Shown: positions 1-10,051 of the stretch, piece by piece
How positions within the stretch are numbered: the first letter of the stretch is position 1
Layout: each line of letters starts with the position of its first letter
IMG/VR virus record: IMGVR_UViG_3300034157_000065
Coordinates: 32,001-96,000 of that record
Source of the DNA: a virus
Taxonomy: Duplodnaviria > Caudoviricetes
Length of the DNA: 64,000 nucleotides
Direction: 5' to 3' (one strand)
The notes under the pieces: model-generated
Told to the model about the DNA's origin: nothing
Seen by the model: only the letters and a program-made list of their open reading frames with translations
Database searches by the model: none
Program-made: the position numbers and the translations under genes

Positions 1-393
1 GAGCATATTTCTGAACTTTTTGAAGCTGTCGTAGATTATGCACAAAAAAATAAAAGTATTATTATGTTGACATATGATAAAGACTCACCTTGGGGTGGTA
101 TCGACAAAACACGTTTAATAAACATTGTAAATACTGTGGTTGATCAGTCTATTGATAATGTTCCTTTTCTTTGTAATTTTGGCATAGAAAAAGATAGACA
201 TCACTATGCTTGCAACTACCTAGTTAACATGAATGGTATGAAATATGAAGAGTTACCAAAATTATTTGAGAAATTGAAAACGTTTATTGATAGTAATCCT
301 GAACTTGATGATTTACAGCTTGAATTAAAAATGGACGAATTCATTGCAAAAGAACGAAATAAATTAAAATCCGACAATAAAGCATCCATTTAA
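1..393 (+). CDS. hypothetical protein, 5'-truncated by window edge
   Basis: Frame 1 is open from base 1 to TAA at 393; the track start at 64 is probably internal. Confidence 0.7.
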   Translation, partial: EHISELFEAVVDYAQKNKSIIMLTYDKDSPWGGIDKTRLINIVNTVVDQSIDNVPFLCNFGIEKDRHHYACNYLVNMNGMKYEELPKLFEKLKTFIDSNPELDDLQLELKMDEFIAKERNKLKSDNKASI

Positions 394-448
394 TTGATAC
401 AAAAAAAAAAGAGAACATCAAGTTCTCTTTTTATATCTCTATCTAGAA

Positions 449-826
449 TTAGCCGATTTGAGAAACAATTGTCAGCGTTGGTTCTTTACTGACCACACCA
501 TATTTTTCAAGCAATGGGATAGCAAACTCATTGTAGATCTCCAATGTTTCCATCAATGTTTCTGTGGTATCTGATGATTTGTTGAGATACTGCTTAATTT
601 CATTTCGATCTTCAGTAATAGCGACACCCAGAAAATGTGGGATTGATTTATCTTCATCATAAACATAACCGACTTCTCGATACATGTTCTGACTGTCAGT
701 AAACATAAAGACTTCATTATCTTCATCATACTTTTCGTCTTCATAAATATCTTTATACAATGCTGTCGCTTGAGTGTGAGTTAACGGAACGGCTAGAATT
801 AAAATATCTGTCTTGTTTACGCTCAT
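449..826 (-). CDS. hypothetical acidic protein (125 aa)
   Basis: ORF with AGGAG RBS upstream; ends at a convergent hairpin near 405-432. Confidence 0.75.
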   Translation of the reverse strand: MSVNKTDILILAVPLTHTQATALYKDIYEDEKYDEDNEVFMFTDSQNMYREVGYVYDEDKSIPHFLGVAITEDRNEIKQYLNKSSDTTETLMETLEIYNEFAIPLLEKYGVVSKEPTLTIVSQIG

Positions 827-1004
827 AATGAGTCTCCTATGTTAAAAATAATTAGCTCCTAATCATACTCAAAATAAGTATATAAGTCAAAGTATTTTTA
901 TAACAAAATCATGTCTTTTTTATCTATTTTTTCATTGATTTTTTCTTTTACACTCAATATTTTTATGGTATAATGGATTTATCGAAAACAACGAGGGTTT
1001 AACC

Positions 1005-1202
1005 ATGCCAAAGCAAACCATTGATGTGTCCAAAATCGCCTGCCAACTTGACGAAAAAACAGTCGAGATCACCAAGATTGACGAACTGATTGCTCGTGAA
1101 AAGAAAGAAAGTTGCATTGAGACTTTTAAAGTCGCTCGTAAAATCGCTTTCAAAGAAATGAAAAAACTTCAAAAAATCATTCAAAAACAAGTTGCCGCTT
1201 AA
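1005..1202 (+). CDS. small helical/coiled-coil protein (65 aa) ending QVAA
   Basis: TGGTATAAT -10 near 966-974, GAGGG RBS. Confidence 0.75.
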   Translation: MPKQTIDVSKIACQLDEKTVEITKIDELIAREKKESCIETFKVARKIAFKEMKKLQKIIQKQVAA

Positions 1203-1205
1203 CTT

Positions 1206-1982
1206 ATGTCACTGTTTGACATTTATGAAAAAAGCAAAAGCAGGGTTTCGCTGAGTGCGGAGCAATGCTTGTACTTTAAAAATGTGCTTGTACAAAAATT
1301 ATCACTTATCAACAACAATTCATTGCTTACATTTGAACAACTTTATAATCGTCTTCATTTTTTTGAGCATAAAACCACTATCTACGATTTTACAGAAAAA
1401 CAAAAATTAGGTATTTCATTATCTTATCGTCTTGATAATATTAATGTTTCAATGTACGTTTATGTTAATTTTGATGATAATGGTGTTTTTAGTAGTCTTT
1501 CTTATCCAACAATGCGAATAGTTGATAAAAATATTATCACCCTTTTACATTTATTTGACTCTAACCGCGATGGAATAGCTTTATCTTTTAATCCATCCGA
1601 ATTAAATTCTGATTATATTATTGATATGTCAGGTGTTTTTTTGTTTGATTATAAGTTCGATTTTAAATTAGATTTATTTTATTATTTTTCGGATCATTTA
1701 ATCACTGCTCAACATTATGTTAGATATTGTAATAGAGGGACAATTAAATTAACAGTAGATACCTTTGATAATATTGAAGCTGAATATCTGTATGTTGATT
1801 TTGTTAATTTGTTATATTCAGGTAATTCCTATTTTTTAAATTCTTTTGTCAAGATCCCCATCAATTTTTCATCACTTAAATTGTTTAAAAAAAGCCGACA
1901 CTTATTTGATATGATTTTGAACAGTAATCACAAAGAAGTTTTGTTAGATGAATTAAAAGTCTATGAGATGGCAACTTATTAA
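1206..1982 (+). CDS. hypothetical protein, family B, C-terminal tag (EMATY)
   Basis: Shares L..KL...NNN..LT.E.L block with 3261, 53130, 53958. Confidence 0.8.
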   Translation: MSLFDIYEKSKSRVSLSAEQCLYFKNVLVQKLSLINNNSLLTFEQLYNRLHFFEHKTTIYDFTEKQKLGISLSYRLDNINVSMYVYVNFDDNGVFSSLSYPTMRIVDKNIITLLHLFDSNRDGIALSFNPSELNSDYIIDMSGVFLFDYKFDFKLDLFYYFSDHLITAQHYVRYCNRGTIKLTVDTFDNIEAEYLYVDFVNLLYSGNSYFLNSFVKIPINFSSLKLFKKSRHLFDMILNSNHKEVLLDELKVYEMATY

Positions 1983-2045
1983 TCATTGAAATGAGTCCTA
2001 TTTTATGCTATAATTAACGATAAATTTTAATGAAGGTTTTTTAAT

Positions 2046-3251
2046 ATGTCACATTCACGCATTGATACGTTGGCTAATGTTATCCATTTGGCTCCCTATA
2101 TTGATTCATTTAACTTCAACCGAATGGAACCAGTGCGTGATGTTGGTGATATGAGTTTTTCAACTCAATATTTTGCTAGCTCACGTTATGACACCTTATC
2201 TATTATTTTTCCCAGCTTTCAAGAAAGCTTAGGGTTTATGTTTTCTGACTTTACCGATTCAGAAATTAAAATGATTGATTCTGCTCTTCAATTTTATCTT
2301 CGATTATTCCCTTATGATCCTTTATTGGACGCTATGAAAGATCCTGTCACAACTGTCTATATGCACAAACGAGACGATTCATTTCTGATGAAGTTTAAAT
2401 GCTTCTCTATTGCGTATCGCTATAATGAATGGATCTTCCAGATTAATGACAAATTTAATAAAGATAGATGTATGTTAGCGATGACTTACGATGAGCTTCA
2501 TATGGCTATACTGAGTGCGTTTGATGCTATGTTTAAGGATATCTTTATGACACACTCATTGATTGTTGATAATAACATTGTTAAGGCTGTGGCTGCCAAT
2601 CAAACCAACTTTGCTTTCTCAACGATGCGTTATAATCATACCTTTACGCATGAAAGTGATATGGACTTTGCCATGCACATTAAAAAATATAATAAATTTA
2701 GGGTGTTTGAAGATCGCCTAAGTAATGAACATATTTTTAATAAAGATGAATTGTGTGTTATTGGTAATTTTACTGTTGAAAAGAATATTATGAGTGTTTC
2801 AAAATTATCAGAAACTCAGATTACTATTCATAATGAGTCTGTTCATTTGTTAGATCATTTATTTAAAGTTTCGCTAAGACCTACAGAACTTGACTATTTG
2901 AAAAACATTCTAGAATTGATGCGGCTTTCTGATAGTTGCTATCCTAATCAAAAAGATACCAAAATTAAGATTGTTCGTTCAAATAACAGTAAGAAAACTA
3001 TTTTTAATTTGATTACAGAACGTTGCCCTTTTACTTTCAGAACTGGACGACACAGTATTACTATTGGTTCTTATATTTCCGTAGGGATTTATATTGAAGA
3101 CGAATACACTTCATTGAAACTACCCTCTTTTGAGGCGGCTTATGAAGCTTGTTATAAAAAATTCATTACACATGTAAGTAAAACGTTAGACATTAAACCA
3201 GAAGATGTGACTGAGCTTCATTTTAAAACACTTGAAATGTCTAATTATTAG
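2046..3251 (+). CDS. hypothetical protein (401 aa), C-terminal tag (EMSNY), TAG stop
   Basis: Long ORF with own TGCTATAAT promoter; last ~30 aa resemble the C-terminus of 57556..58179. Confidence 0.8.
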   Translation: MSHSRIDTLANVIHLAPYIDSFNFNRMEPVRDVGDMSFSTQYFASSRYDTLSIIFPSFQESLGFMFSDFTDSEIKMIDSALQFYLRLFPYDPLLDAMKDPVTTVYMHKRDDSFLMKFKCFSIAYRYNEWIFQINDKFNKDRCMLAMTYDELHMAILSAFDAMFKDIFMTHSLIVDNNIVKAVAANQTNFAFSTMRYNHTFTHESDMDFAMHIKKYNKFRVFEDRLSNEHIFNKDELCVIGNFTVEKNIMSVSKLSETQITIHNESVHLLDHLFKVSLRPTELDYLKNILELMRLSDSCYPNQKDTKIKIVRSNNSKKTIFNLITERCPFTFRTGRHSITIGSYISVGIYIEDEYTSLKLPSFEAAYEACYKKFITHVSKTLDIKPEDVTELHFKTLEMSNY

Positions 3252-3260
3252 GAGAGTATT

Positions 3261-4079
3261 ATGATTGGCGAAATGTTTCTTTTTGAAAAATTTAATATCA
3301 GTTCTTTAAAGACTTCATTAACTGAAAAACAAGTGGCTTCTTTTACCAAAAGATTGACAGAATTGTTGTTTAAATTTAATAACAATCCTGCAATTACAAT
3401 GGATTACTTGGTAGAAAACTTAAAAATCACTGAATCATCAGCTAAATTTAGTAAAAATGACAATCCATCTCGGCCTTTTATTTTTATTGATATTGATTTT
3501 ATGTTAGCGAATACATTGATTGAAGTTCGTATCTCTGCTGAATTCAATAGTGCTTGTTGCCGTATTCCGTTAACTTATTACAAGTATGATATTGCCATTC
3601 AAAAAACAGAACATTCTGGATTATTCACTTTGTTGAATATGTATAAGCCCGGTGTTGGAACTAATTATTTTTATTTTGGCTCATTTAGGGATGACTCCGT
3701 TTATACAGTGACTACAAAAAATGCATTTAAATTTCAACATTACTTTGTTAAGACGACTCGTAACAGATTTCACATAGAATATGTCATTAAGAAAAACAAG
3801 ATTGTATCCAGTCAAATCATTGATGATGAAAATGATGAATATCTCAAGTATGACAATAAGCCACTTTCAGCCCATGATGAAACACTGTTCATCCATTTTG
3901 CAAATGCCGCCTATACAAAAGAGTCTGAATTTGTTAACTCTTTTGTTAAAGGTAGCGTTAATTTTAAAGACATGAAATGTTTTGCTCAGCTAAAAAAGAT
4001 GTTTTTAGACATTTACACAGGTGAACATCGTGAAAGACTTATTGATGAATTGCTAGTCTTTCAGATGGTGGATATTTAA
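3261..4079 (+). CDS. hypothetical protein, family B, C-terminal tag (QMVDI)
   Basis: AGGAG RBS; paralogous to 1206..1982 (both end in an L[LI]DEL.V[YF].M pattern). Confidence 0.8.
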   Translation: MIGEMFLFEKFNISSLKTSLTEKQVASFTKRLTELLFKFNNNPAITMDYLVENLKITESSAKFSKNDNPSRPFIFIDIDFMLANTLIEVRISAEFNSACCRIPLTYYKYDIAIQKTEHSGLFTLLNMYKPGVGTNYFYFGSFRDDSVYTVTTKNAFKFQHYFVKTTRNRFHIEYVIKKNKIVSSQIIDDENDEYLKYDNKPLSAHDETLFIHFANAAYTKESEFVNSFVKGSVNFKDMKCFAQLKKMFLDIYTGEHRERLIDELLVFQMVDI

Positions 4080-4139
4080 GGTTGATTCAGAATGCCAATT
4101 GTAGTATAATAGATCAATTCAAATACAGAGGCTTTCATC

Positions 4140-4631
4140 ATGGAAAAGCGTTGGGTCAATACAAATCAGGAAGCGATTAATAAAGCATTCATGTCTTATG
4201 CTCGCCATACTTTTTCCAAATATAAAGGAAATGTGTGTGCTGAAACCTATGCAGAGATTGATAAACAGGGCCGTCTAGCTTATGTTTATGAGGTGTCCAA
4301 CCATTTTCAGTCGTCTTGGTCTAATTCCGATGTATTGACGAATGACAAGAAGTTTTATCCAGAAGAACTAGATACGGTCGTTCGTTTCTATGTGGGCTTA
4401 GTTGTTCCACGTTTGAAAAAATTACAAGTGGCTGCTATTGCTGAGCGGGTTAAATGGGTGATGGTTGAAAGTCATCATTCTAATTCCTCTGACTGGTATA
4501 CCACTATTTCTTTTGATGCGAAAAGTATTCATTTGACGAAAGTAATCGAAATTGCCACTCAGTATTTGAAAGATAACTTGATGTATAGAGAAAAAACAGA
4601 ATACACAAAAAAAGCTTTACCTGCTGTCTAA
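4140..4631 (+). CDS. hypothetical protein (163 aa)
   Basis: TTGATT...TATAAT promoter, GAGG RBS. Confidence 0.75.
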   Translation: MEKRWVNTNQEAINKAFMSYARHTFSKYKGNVCAETYAEIDKQGRLAYVYEVSNHFQSSWSNSDVLTNDKKFYPEELDTVVRFYVGLVVPRLKKLQVAAIAERVKWVMVESHHSNSSDWYTTISFDAKSIHLTKVIEIATQYLKDNLMYREKTEYTKKALPAV

Positions 4632-4681
4632 AATTTGCTATAATTCAATCTCAAATCAAACAACACTTGGAGTTTTACACT

Positions 4682-4870
4682 ATGACAACTACACCTACTG
4701 CTCGTAAATTTGGCCCAAAAGAACTGGTTAAAACTCGTAATGGTTGGACTGGCCGTGTAGCTGCTTCTTATAAAGAAGATGGCGTAGTTCAATATGTGCT
4801 CAGCGAAATTAATACGGGTGAATCGAAGACTGTCGCAGAGAAAGACCTGCAGCGTGTTGCCATCGGTTAA
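4682..4870 (+). CDS. small SH3/KOW-like beta-barrel protein
   Basis: GGAG RBS favours ATG 4682; pattern F..KELV...G.TGRV....Y......E.DL is typical of small SH3-like folds (inference). Confidence 0.65.
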   Translation: MTTTPTARKFGPKELVKTRNGWTGRVAASYKEDGVVQYVLSEINTGESKTVAEKDLQRVAIG

Positions 4871-4887
4871 AGAAACCAACACAAAAA

Positions 4888-4914
4888 AGATCCTCTTCGG
4901 GGGATTTTTTTTTA
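4888..4914 (+). terminator. intrinsic terminator
   Basis: AGATCCTC-TTCG-GGGGATTT followed by a T run. Confidence 0.85.
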
Positions 4915-5133
4915 TTTAAAATTTTGTTAAATCACCACCTTCCTACTCGCTTTTGTTCGTTTAATGATTAAAGAATATTTTAAACAAATAGATCAAACTA
5001 TTTTATATATATTTATTTATAAATAGTCGAAAAACATGACAAAATATAATTTTTTTCTTGTGATATTGTTTGACAATATATAAATGGAGGCATAAAATGA
5101 AATTAAGGATAACTACTCCTATGGAGGCACAAT

Positions 5134-5592
5134 ATGTCTAAGACTTTTAATCAATTGCTTATTGAGGACGTTCTAGAAAGTGACAACAAAGAGTTCTTTA
5201 AACTGGTGGCTTGTCACAACAAGACAAGATTAAGATGGCAAACAGGTATCTTCTTCTTCGTTATTTTTGGATATCTCATTCAACGTTCTGTTTTCGGAAA
5301 CCCATTTCCATATCTATGGATAGCCTTGGGAATTCTGGCTCTCTTCATTCTTTTCAACTTCGCTAAACAACATTTAACATTCATTAAGTTTTTTAACTTG
5401 ACTTATCGAGTTAATCACCTCAACCATGTCTGTGATTGTGTGATTGCTGGTGATGATGAATCCATTAAGCCTGACGCACGTTGCATCAAATCAGATATTG
5501 AAAAAGGTGTTGTTGATAGTAAATATTTGGAAAAGCTATCACTTGATCGTAAACACCTAGAAGAATATATTGATCAAAAATATGGTGATTAA
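5134..5592 (+). CDS. membrane protein (2 TM segments)
   Basis: GGAGG RBS; two hydrophobic stretches. Confidence 0.75.
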   Translation: MSKTFNQLLIEDVLESDNKEFFKLVACHNKTRLRWQTGIFFFVIFGYLIQRSVFGNPFPYLWIALGILALFILFNFAKQHLTFIKFFNLTYRVNHLNHVCDCVIAGDDESIKPDARCIKSDIEKGVVDSKYLEKLSLDRKHLEEYIDQKYGD

Positions 5593-5640
5593 CCATTATG
5601 TAAACCACTCACTTAGCCAGACCTTGAAAGTTTGGCTTTT

Positions 5641-6531
5641 CTATTTAAACATTGCCATGTCTAAGAAATCAATATCTCGCTGATCAAAATAATCAACCTC
5701 GTTAAAATCTTCGTTCAGTAAATTAGGTTTTATCTGATCTATTAATGCAGCAGGCACATACTTGTTTTTGTAAAAATAATGAATTTCTGTTGGCTGATGG
5801 TTTTCATCAGTTATTACAATGGCGGGTGTTATCTTTTCTTTATTAAAGTTGACATGTATGTAGACAATGATGTTTAAATTAAAATAATGATAGCACTTTA
5901 AATAGTGTTCTTTATTTTTATTGTCGCTTAATTCATCATGAAAGGCTCTCATAAAAAAATGACTATGCATGGGGATGAACGTAGCATTTTTATATTCGAC
6001 AATACTGGGTGTGTTTTCATCGTAGTAATAGGATACTTTACCATCCTCTAATTTTGTGAATATTTTTTCAGACAGCAGTATTCCATTCTTATTATTAACA
6101 AGAACATCATTAAAGCTTAGTCGCACTCTCATTTTTTCTTCGTCTACTACCAAATCCAAAAATCTATCAATGTGATCATAGTATTCATGATTGATGGCTG
6201 TTAAACCATTACCAAATAATAATTCTTTAAATTCAGATATATCAATACTTTCTTTATATTTAATTTTTCTTTTTATATCTGTATATTCGTGATATCTTGG
6301 GATGATATTGGTTAATTCATCTTCAATATCAATGTCTTCATTAACAATTAATGGTAATTTCATGTCGTTAGCTTGTTTAAGTTCTTCATATTTATTCTCG
6401 GGTGAAACATATATTTCTGTTTTCGATGGGGCACTTGGCATTATTGTTACTGTTCCATCATCAGCTACGAATTCAATAGGAGATTCATAGGTGACTAGCG
6501 AAATATTTTTAATGACGGTGTGTTTTGACAT
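5641..6531 (-). CDS. hypothetical protein, family A, C-terminal tag variant (DMAMFK), TAG stop
   Basis: GGAG RBS favours MSKH start at 6531; shares YYDENTPSI...PAI...P.E.H..YKN.Y...KPN.L.EDF...YF..RD.DFLDM domain with 8261, 9170, 10052. Confidence 0.8.
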   Translation of the reverse strand: MSKHTVIKNISLVTYESPIEFVADDGTVTIMPSAPSKTEIYVSPENKYEELKQANDMKLPLIVNEDIDIEDELTNIIPRYHEYTDIKRKIKYKESIDISEFKELLFGNGLTAINHEYYDHIDRFLDLVVDEEKMRVRLSFNDVLVNNKNGILLSEKIFTKLEDGKVSYYYDENTPSIVEYKNATFIPMHSHFFMRAFHDELSDNKNKEHYLKCYHYFNLNIIVYIHVNFNKEKITPAIVITDENHQPTEIHYFYKNKYVPAALIDQIKPNLLNEDFNEVDYFDQRDIDFLDMAMFK

Positions 6532-6606
6532 GAATAGCTCCAAAATATTTTGAATAATATCATAATTCAACAATAAAGTCCATTAGTATCATTGTCTATC
6601 TTAATC

Positions 6607-6635
6607 TTGACGCAAATTATTAAAAATGTTATAAT
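6607..6635 (+). promoter_or_regulatory. sigma70-type promoter
   Basis: TTGACG-N17-TATAAT with extended TG. Confidence 0.8.
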
Positions 6636-6666
6636 TAGGCAATTATCCAATACAGGAGCATTCAAA

Positions 6667-6852
6667 ATGTCTTCAAGAGCTGAGCGATTCGCCAATTGTA
6701 AACACAAGAAAGTTCAAGACTTTACAGAAATCTGTCTTGAATGTGGAGAAAGCATTTATACCACTGTCTCCGAAATCAATCTGGAAGAACATCGGAAGGA
6801 ACGTAAGAACCGTGAAGGTGATTCCTTTGATAAAGATAATACTGGTTGGTAA
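6667..6852 (+). CDS. small putative Zn-binding protein (CxH...CxxC)
   Basis: AGGAG RBS before ATG 6667; CKH and CLEC motifs. Confidence 0.7.
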   Translation: MSSRAERFANCKHKKVQDFTEICLECGESIYTTVSEINLEEHRKERKNREGDSFDKDNTGW

Positions 6853-6883
6853 TTGTGTAATAGACATATGAGGATTAATACTA

Positions 6884-7333
6884 ATGATTCTATCTTGTAC
6901 AAAATGTAACACTGTTCTGACCAACGATCTCTATCCAGTTAAAGACTTTGTAAAAGATCCAGTTATCGTGAATGAAATTCCTGTTGATGGGTCTGTTATT
7001 GTGGCTGCACGTTTTGAAGAAGGCGATGAATATGATCCCAATCCAACTTATTCGATCAAGAAAGGAACATTTGCGTTATTGAAACATGCAAATCCGTCTA
7101 TGCTGCAGTTCAACCAATATCGTAAAGCCAAGAACAACATACTTGTTTCACAAGAAGATATTCTTGATCAAGCTCAGTTGACCTTTGTGTCTGGCTGGGG
7201 GTGTTGTGGCAATAGCTATATTGACTTTAAATGCCCATCTTGCAGTGCCTTCTTAGGTTATCAGCACCTTGATTGCTATGACAGCAAACACATCCGCTTT
7301 TATGATAAAAACGTAACACGTCAATATAAGTAA
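6884..7333 (+). CDS. Cys-rich putative Zn-binding protein
   Basis: N-terminal CTKC and C-terminal GCCG...CPSC...DC; GAGGA RBS. Confidence 0.7.
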   Translation: MILSCTKCNTVLTNDLYPVKDFVKDPVIVNEIPVDGSVIVAARFEEGDEYDPNPTYSIKKGTFALLKHANPSMLQFNQYRKAKNNILVSQEDILDQAQLTFVSGWGCCGNSYIDFKCPSCSAFLGYQHLDCYDSKHIRFYDKNVTRQYK

Positions 7334-7420
7334 TCATTATCCTTCGTTATTCTTAAAGATATCTTCTGTTTTTATTTTTTTTGTGGTATAATGCCATTAT
7401 TAAAACAGGAGATTTCCTTC

Positions 7421-8209
7421 ATGCAAAATTATACATCAATTTCTAAACAAGATGCTATTGCTAAGTTTGGGCACTATTTTATTTTAGAAAGTTCTACTAA
7501 TCGCTTTGGATATGAGATTGTTGAAAAACTTGGTCAATATCATTCTATTTTTGACGATGAAGAAAGCATGGATTTTGAAGATGCCTGTGCATCACTTAAT
7601 GCCAAAGTGATGGTTGCTGCTCATAAAACTATTATCAACAATGATTTGATGTTGAATACATTCTCTAGTAAATGGGATCTTTTCTTTTACCGTAAGGGCT
7701 GGCTTAAACCAGAAAAGAGCCAGAAAATTTACGACTTTCTTGCAAAGAATGATCTAGCTCGTAGTAATTTGGAGTTGGTTCGTAACAATTTGAATTGTGA
7801 AATTGATTTTAAACTGTTCACTAAACATCTCCCTGATCAGTTTCATTTGCCTGTGACTTATTTTGAAAATGATAAAGTCTATTATCAATTTAAACATTCT
7901 AACAGCGTTAATAAACACAGTGAAGTGATTGAAGTTGTACCGTCTAGTATCGAAGTTTCTGTTGATAAAGATAATGTTATTTCTATGGAGGTAGCGTTTA
8001 GAAACCTTTCTGGTGATAAGGTAGATGGCATGGTTTCTACTCGTGATTTTAAACAATACAATGATCAGACTAATGTTAATCAGTATTTTGAAACAGGTTA
8101 CAGTGATACTTTTGTCTTTATTGATAAAGATGAGTGCAAGCGGTTTGCCATTGCAAAAATCAATAAGGATATTGAGCATTTTAAAAAATCCATTGAAGCA
8201 CTGTCTTAA
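7421..8209 (+). CDS. hypothetical protein
   Basis: AGGAG RBS favours ATG 7421; TGGTATAAT upstream. Confidence 0.75.
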   Translation: MQNYTSISKQDAIAKFGHYFILESSTNRFGYEIVEKLGQYHSIFDDEESMDFEDACASLNAKVMVAAHKTIINNDLMLNTFSSKWDLFFYRKGWLKPEKSQKIYDFLAKNDLARSNLELVRNNLNCEIDFKLFTKHLPDQFHLPVTYFENDKVYYQFKHSNSVNKHSEVIEVVPSSIEVSVDKDNVISMEVAFRNLSGDKVDGMVSTRDFKQYNDQTNVNQYFETGYSDTFVFIDKDECKRFAIAKINKDIEHFKKSIEALS

Positions 8210-8230
8210 TCATTAAAGATCAGATACAAA

Positions 8231-8260
8231 AAAGCCTGATTGATTTCAGGCTTCTTTTTT
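8231..8260. terminator. bidirectional terminator between convergent genes
   Basis: AAAGCCTGA-TTGATT-TCAGGCTT flanked by A and T runs. Confidence 0.75.
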
Positions 8261-9157
8261 TTAAATGTTTAACATGTCTAAGAAATCCATGTCTTTTTTA
8301 CTAAAATAATCTTTATTTTTAAAATCTTCCATCAATATATTGGGTTTTAATAATTCCATTAAGTCAGGTGTAATGTATTCATTTTTATAATAACAATGAA
8401 CTTCTAGTGGTTTGTTATCCATATCATAAATGATAATTGCAGGCACTATTCTTGATTCCTCTGGATTAATCGTCATGTTGACTATTACATTTAATTTCGT
8501 GTAGTGATACATTGCCATGTAGGATTTTTTTGAACCCGCATCTTTTATATCTTCTTCATGAGCCAAAATAACGGTAGACTCTTTAAATTCAATAATACTT
8601 GGTGTGTTTTCATCAAAGTAGTAATCAATCTTGTTATCAGTTTGTTTCAGGAATACTTTTTTAGATAAGATATAATGACGCTCTGTTTCTTCACATTCTT
8701 TGTCATATTTATCTATGTTGTCTATATCAATGTTTACTATCATTGAATTGTCATCAATAATATTATCCATGCAAGCATTCAATGCTTCGTACTTCTCGGT
8801 ATCTAAACTAATGAATTCACGACTAAACAGAATCTCTTGCAGATCATCAACCATGACATCTTTAATGTATTTTAGTCTTGGCTCAATTTCATGATAGTGT
8901 TTATATTCTGGTTTTTTATCGGCCTCTCTTTTAAACAACCTTGTGTTTTGGTAGTAGATTGGTCCTAACAATGATTTTAATGGATTGTTTTGAGCAAATA
9001 CATTGCCTATGTTTAAAGCATTGATATTGTTACCGATATTGTTACTGATGGAACTGTTTATAAATTTGTCTGCAATTTGATGGAGTTGTAAAAAATCGAC
9101 ATCACTTTCCCAATTCGTCTTGAAGATATTTTTGACTCTGATTGTATGTCGTGTCAT
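8261..9157 (-). CDS. hypothetical protein, family A, C-terminal tag (DMLNI)
   Basis: Tandem paralog of 9170 and 10052. Confidence 0.85.
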   Translation of the reverse strand: MTRHTIRVKNIFKTNWESDVDFLQLHQIADKFINSSISNNIGNNINALNIGNVFAQNNPLKSLLGPIYYQNTRLFKREADKKPEYKHYHEIEPRLKYIKDVMVDDLQEILFSREFISLDTEKYEALNACMDNIIDDNSMIVNIDIDNIDKYDKECEETERHYILSKKVFLKQTDNKIDYYFDENTPSIIEFKESTVILAHEEDIKDAGSKKSYMAMYHYTKLNVIVNMTINPEESRIVPAIIIYDMDNKPLEVHCYYKNEYITPDLMELLKPNILMEDFKNKDYFSKKDMDFLDMLNI

Positions 9158-9169
9158 TTTGGTATCCTT

Positions 9170-10021
9170 TTAAATTAAGATCATGTCTAAGAATTCAATA
9201 TCTCTCACCGTAAAATACTCGGTAGATCTAAAATCTTCTTTTAATATATTTGGCTTCAATTCATTCAGTATTTCTTTTGCAATGTAGTCATTTTTATAAC
9301 AACAGTGAACTTCTAGTGGTTCTCCTTTCATATTTTCTATAATAATAGCTGGAACCACTTTGTTTTCATCTGGATTCACTATTGTATGTACTTTAATACC
9401 TAGTTGAGTGTAATGGTGTAGTTTAAGGTAGGTGCTTTTATTATCCTCAAAAACAAAATGATCAAACCCAGTGATTTTTTTGTCATTCTTTTCTCTGTAT
9501 ACACTTGGACAGTTTTCATTAAAATAAGGAATAAAATTAGACTCATTTTGTATTTTAAAATCTTTTCTTACTAATGTCATTCTTCCGTTGCATGTTCTAA
9601 ACTCCAGATCGATGACTAAACCTTCTGGTAACGTCATCTGATTGATACCGTTTTTTATCCATTCAGCATCTTTCTCATCGAATGTAATAAATTCATTATC
9701 AAATAAGAACGCTTTAAAGTTTTCAACAGTAAACTCATCTTTGTATGCTGGCATCATTTTATTTTCAGGGTAAACATTGAATTCAGGTATTTGAATTTTC
9801 TTTGTGCTCACTTTATTATTTGTATGGTTTTGATAATACATTGATTTTAAACCTGTTGGAGTAAAACTAGCCATAAGGTCACGTAAGAATTTTGGATTGC
9901 TGAATGCAAAAGGATTTACCGTATTTGATAACTTATCAGCACCTATAACAATCAAACCATCTATATGGTTATCTTCAACTTCTGGGTAAATCGTTATTCT
10001 ATGTTTTGATTTGTTTGCCAT
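9170..10021 (-). CDS. hypothetical protein, family A, C-terminal tag (DMILI)
   Basis: GGAG RBS favours the MANK start; conserved EVHC.YKN and KPNIL.EDF blocks. Confidence 0.85.
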   Translation of the reverse strand: MANKSKHRITIYPEVEDNHIDGLIVIGADKLSNTVNPFAFSNPKFLRDLMASFTPTGLKSMYYQNHTNNKVSTKKIQIPEFNVYPENKMMPAYKDEFTVENFKAFLFDNEFITFDEKDAEWIKNGINQMTLPEGLVIDLEFRTCNGRMTLVRKDFKIQNESNFIPYFNENCPSVYREKNDKKITGFDHFVFEDNKSTYLKLHHYTQLGIKVHTIVNPDENKVVPAIIIENMKGEPLEVHCCYKNDYIAKEILNELKPNILKEDFRSTEYFTVRDIEFLDMILI

Positions 10022-10051
10022 TGTATTCTCCATTTGCTTTTACTTTTATTT

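Noticed and set aside
1005-1202. C-terminal VAA as an ssrA-like ClpXP degron
   Set aside because: A single three-residue match; cannot be told from chance.
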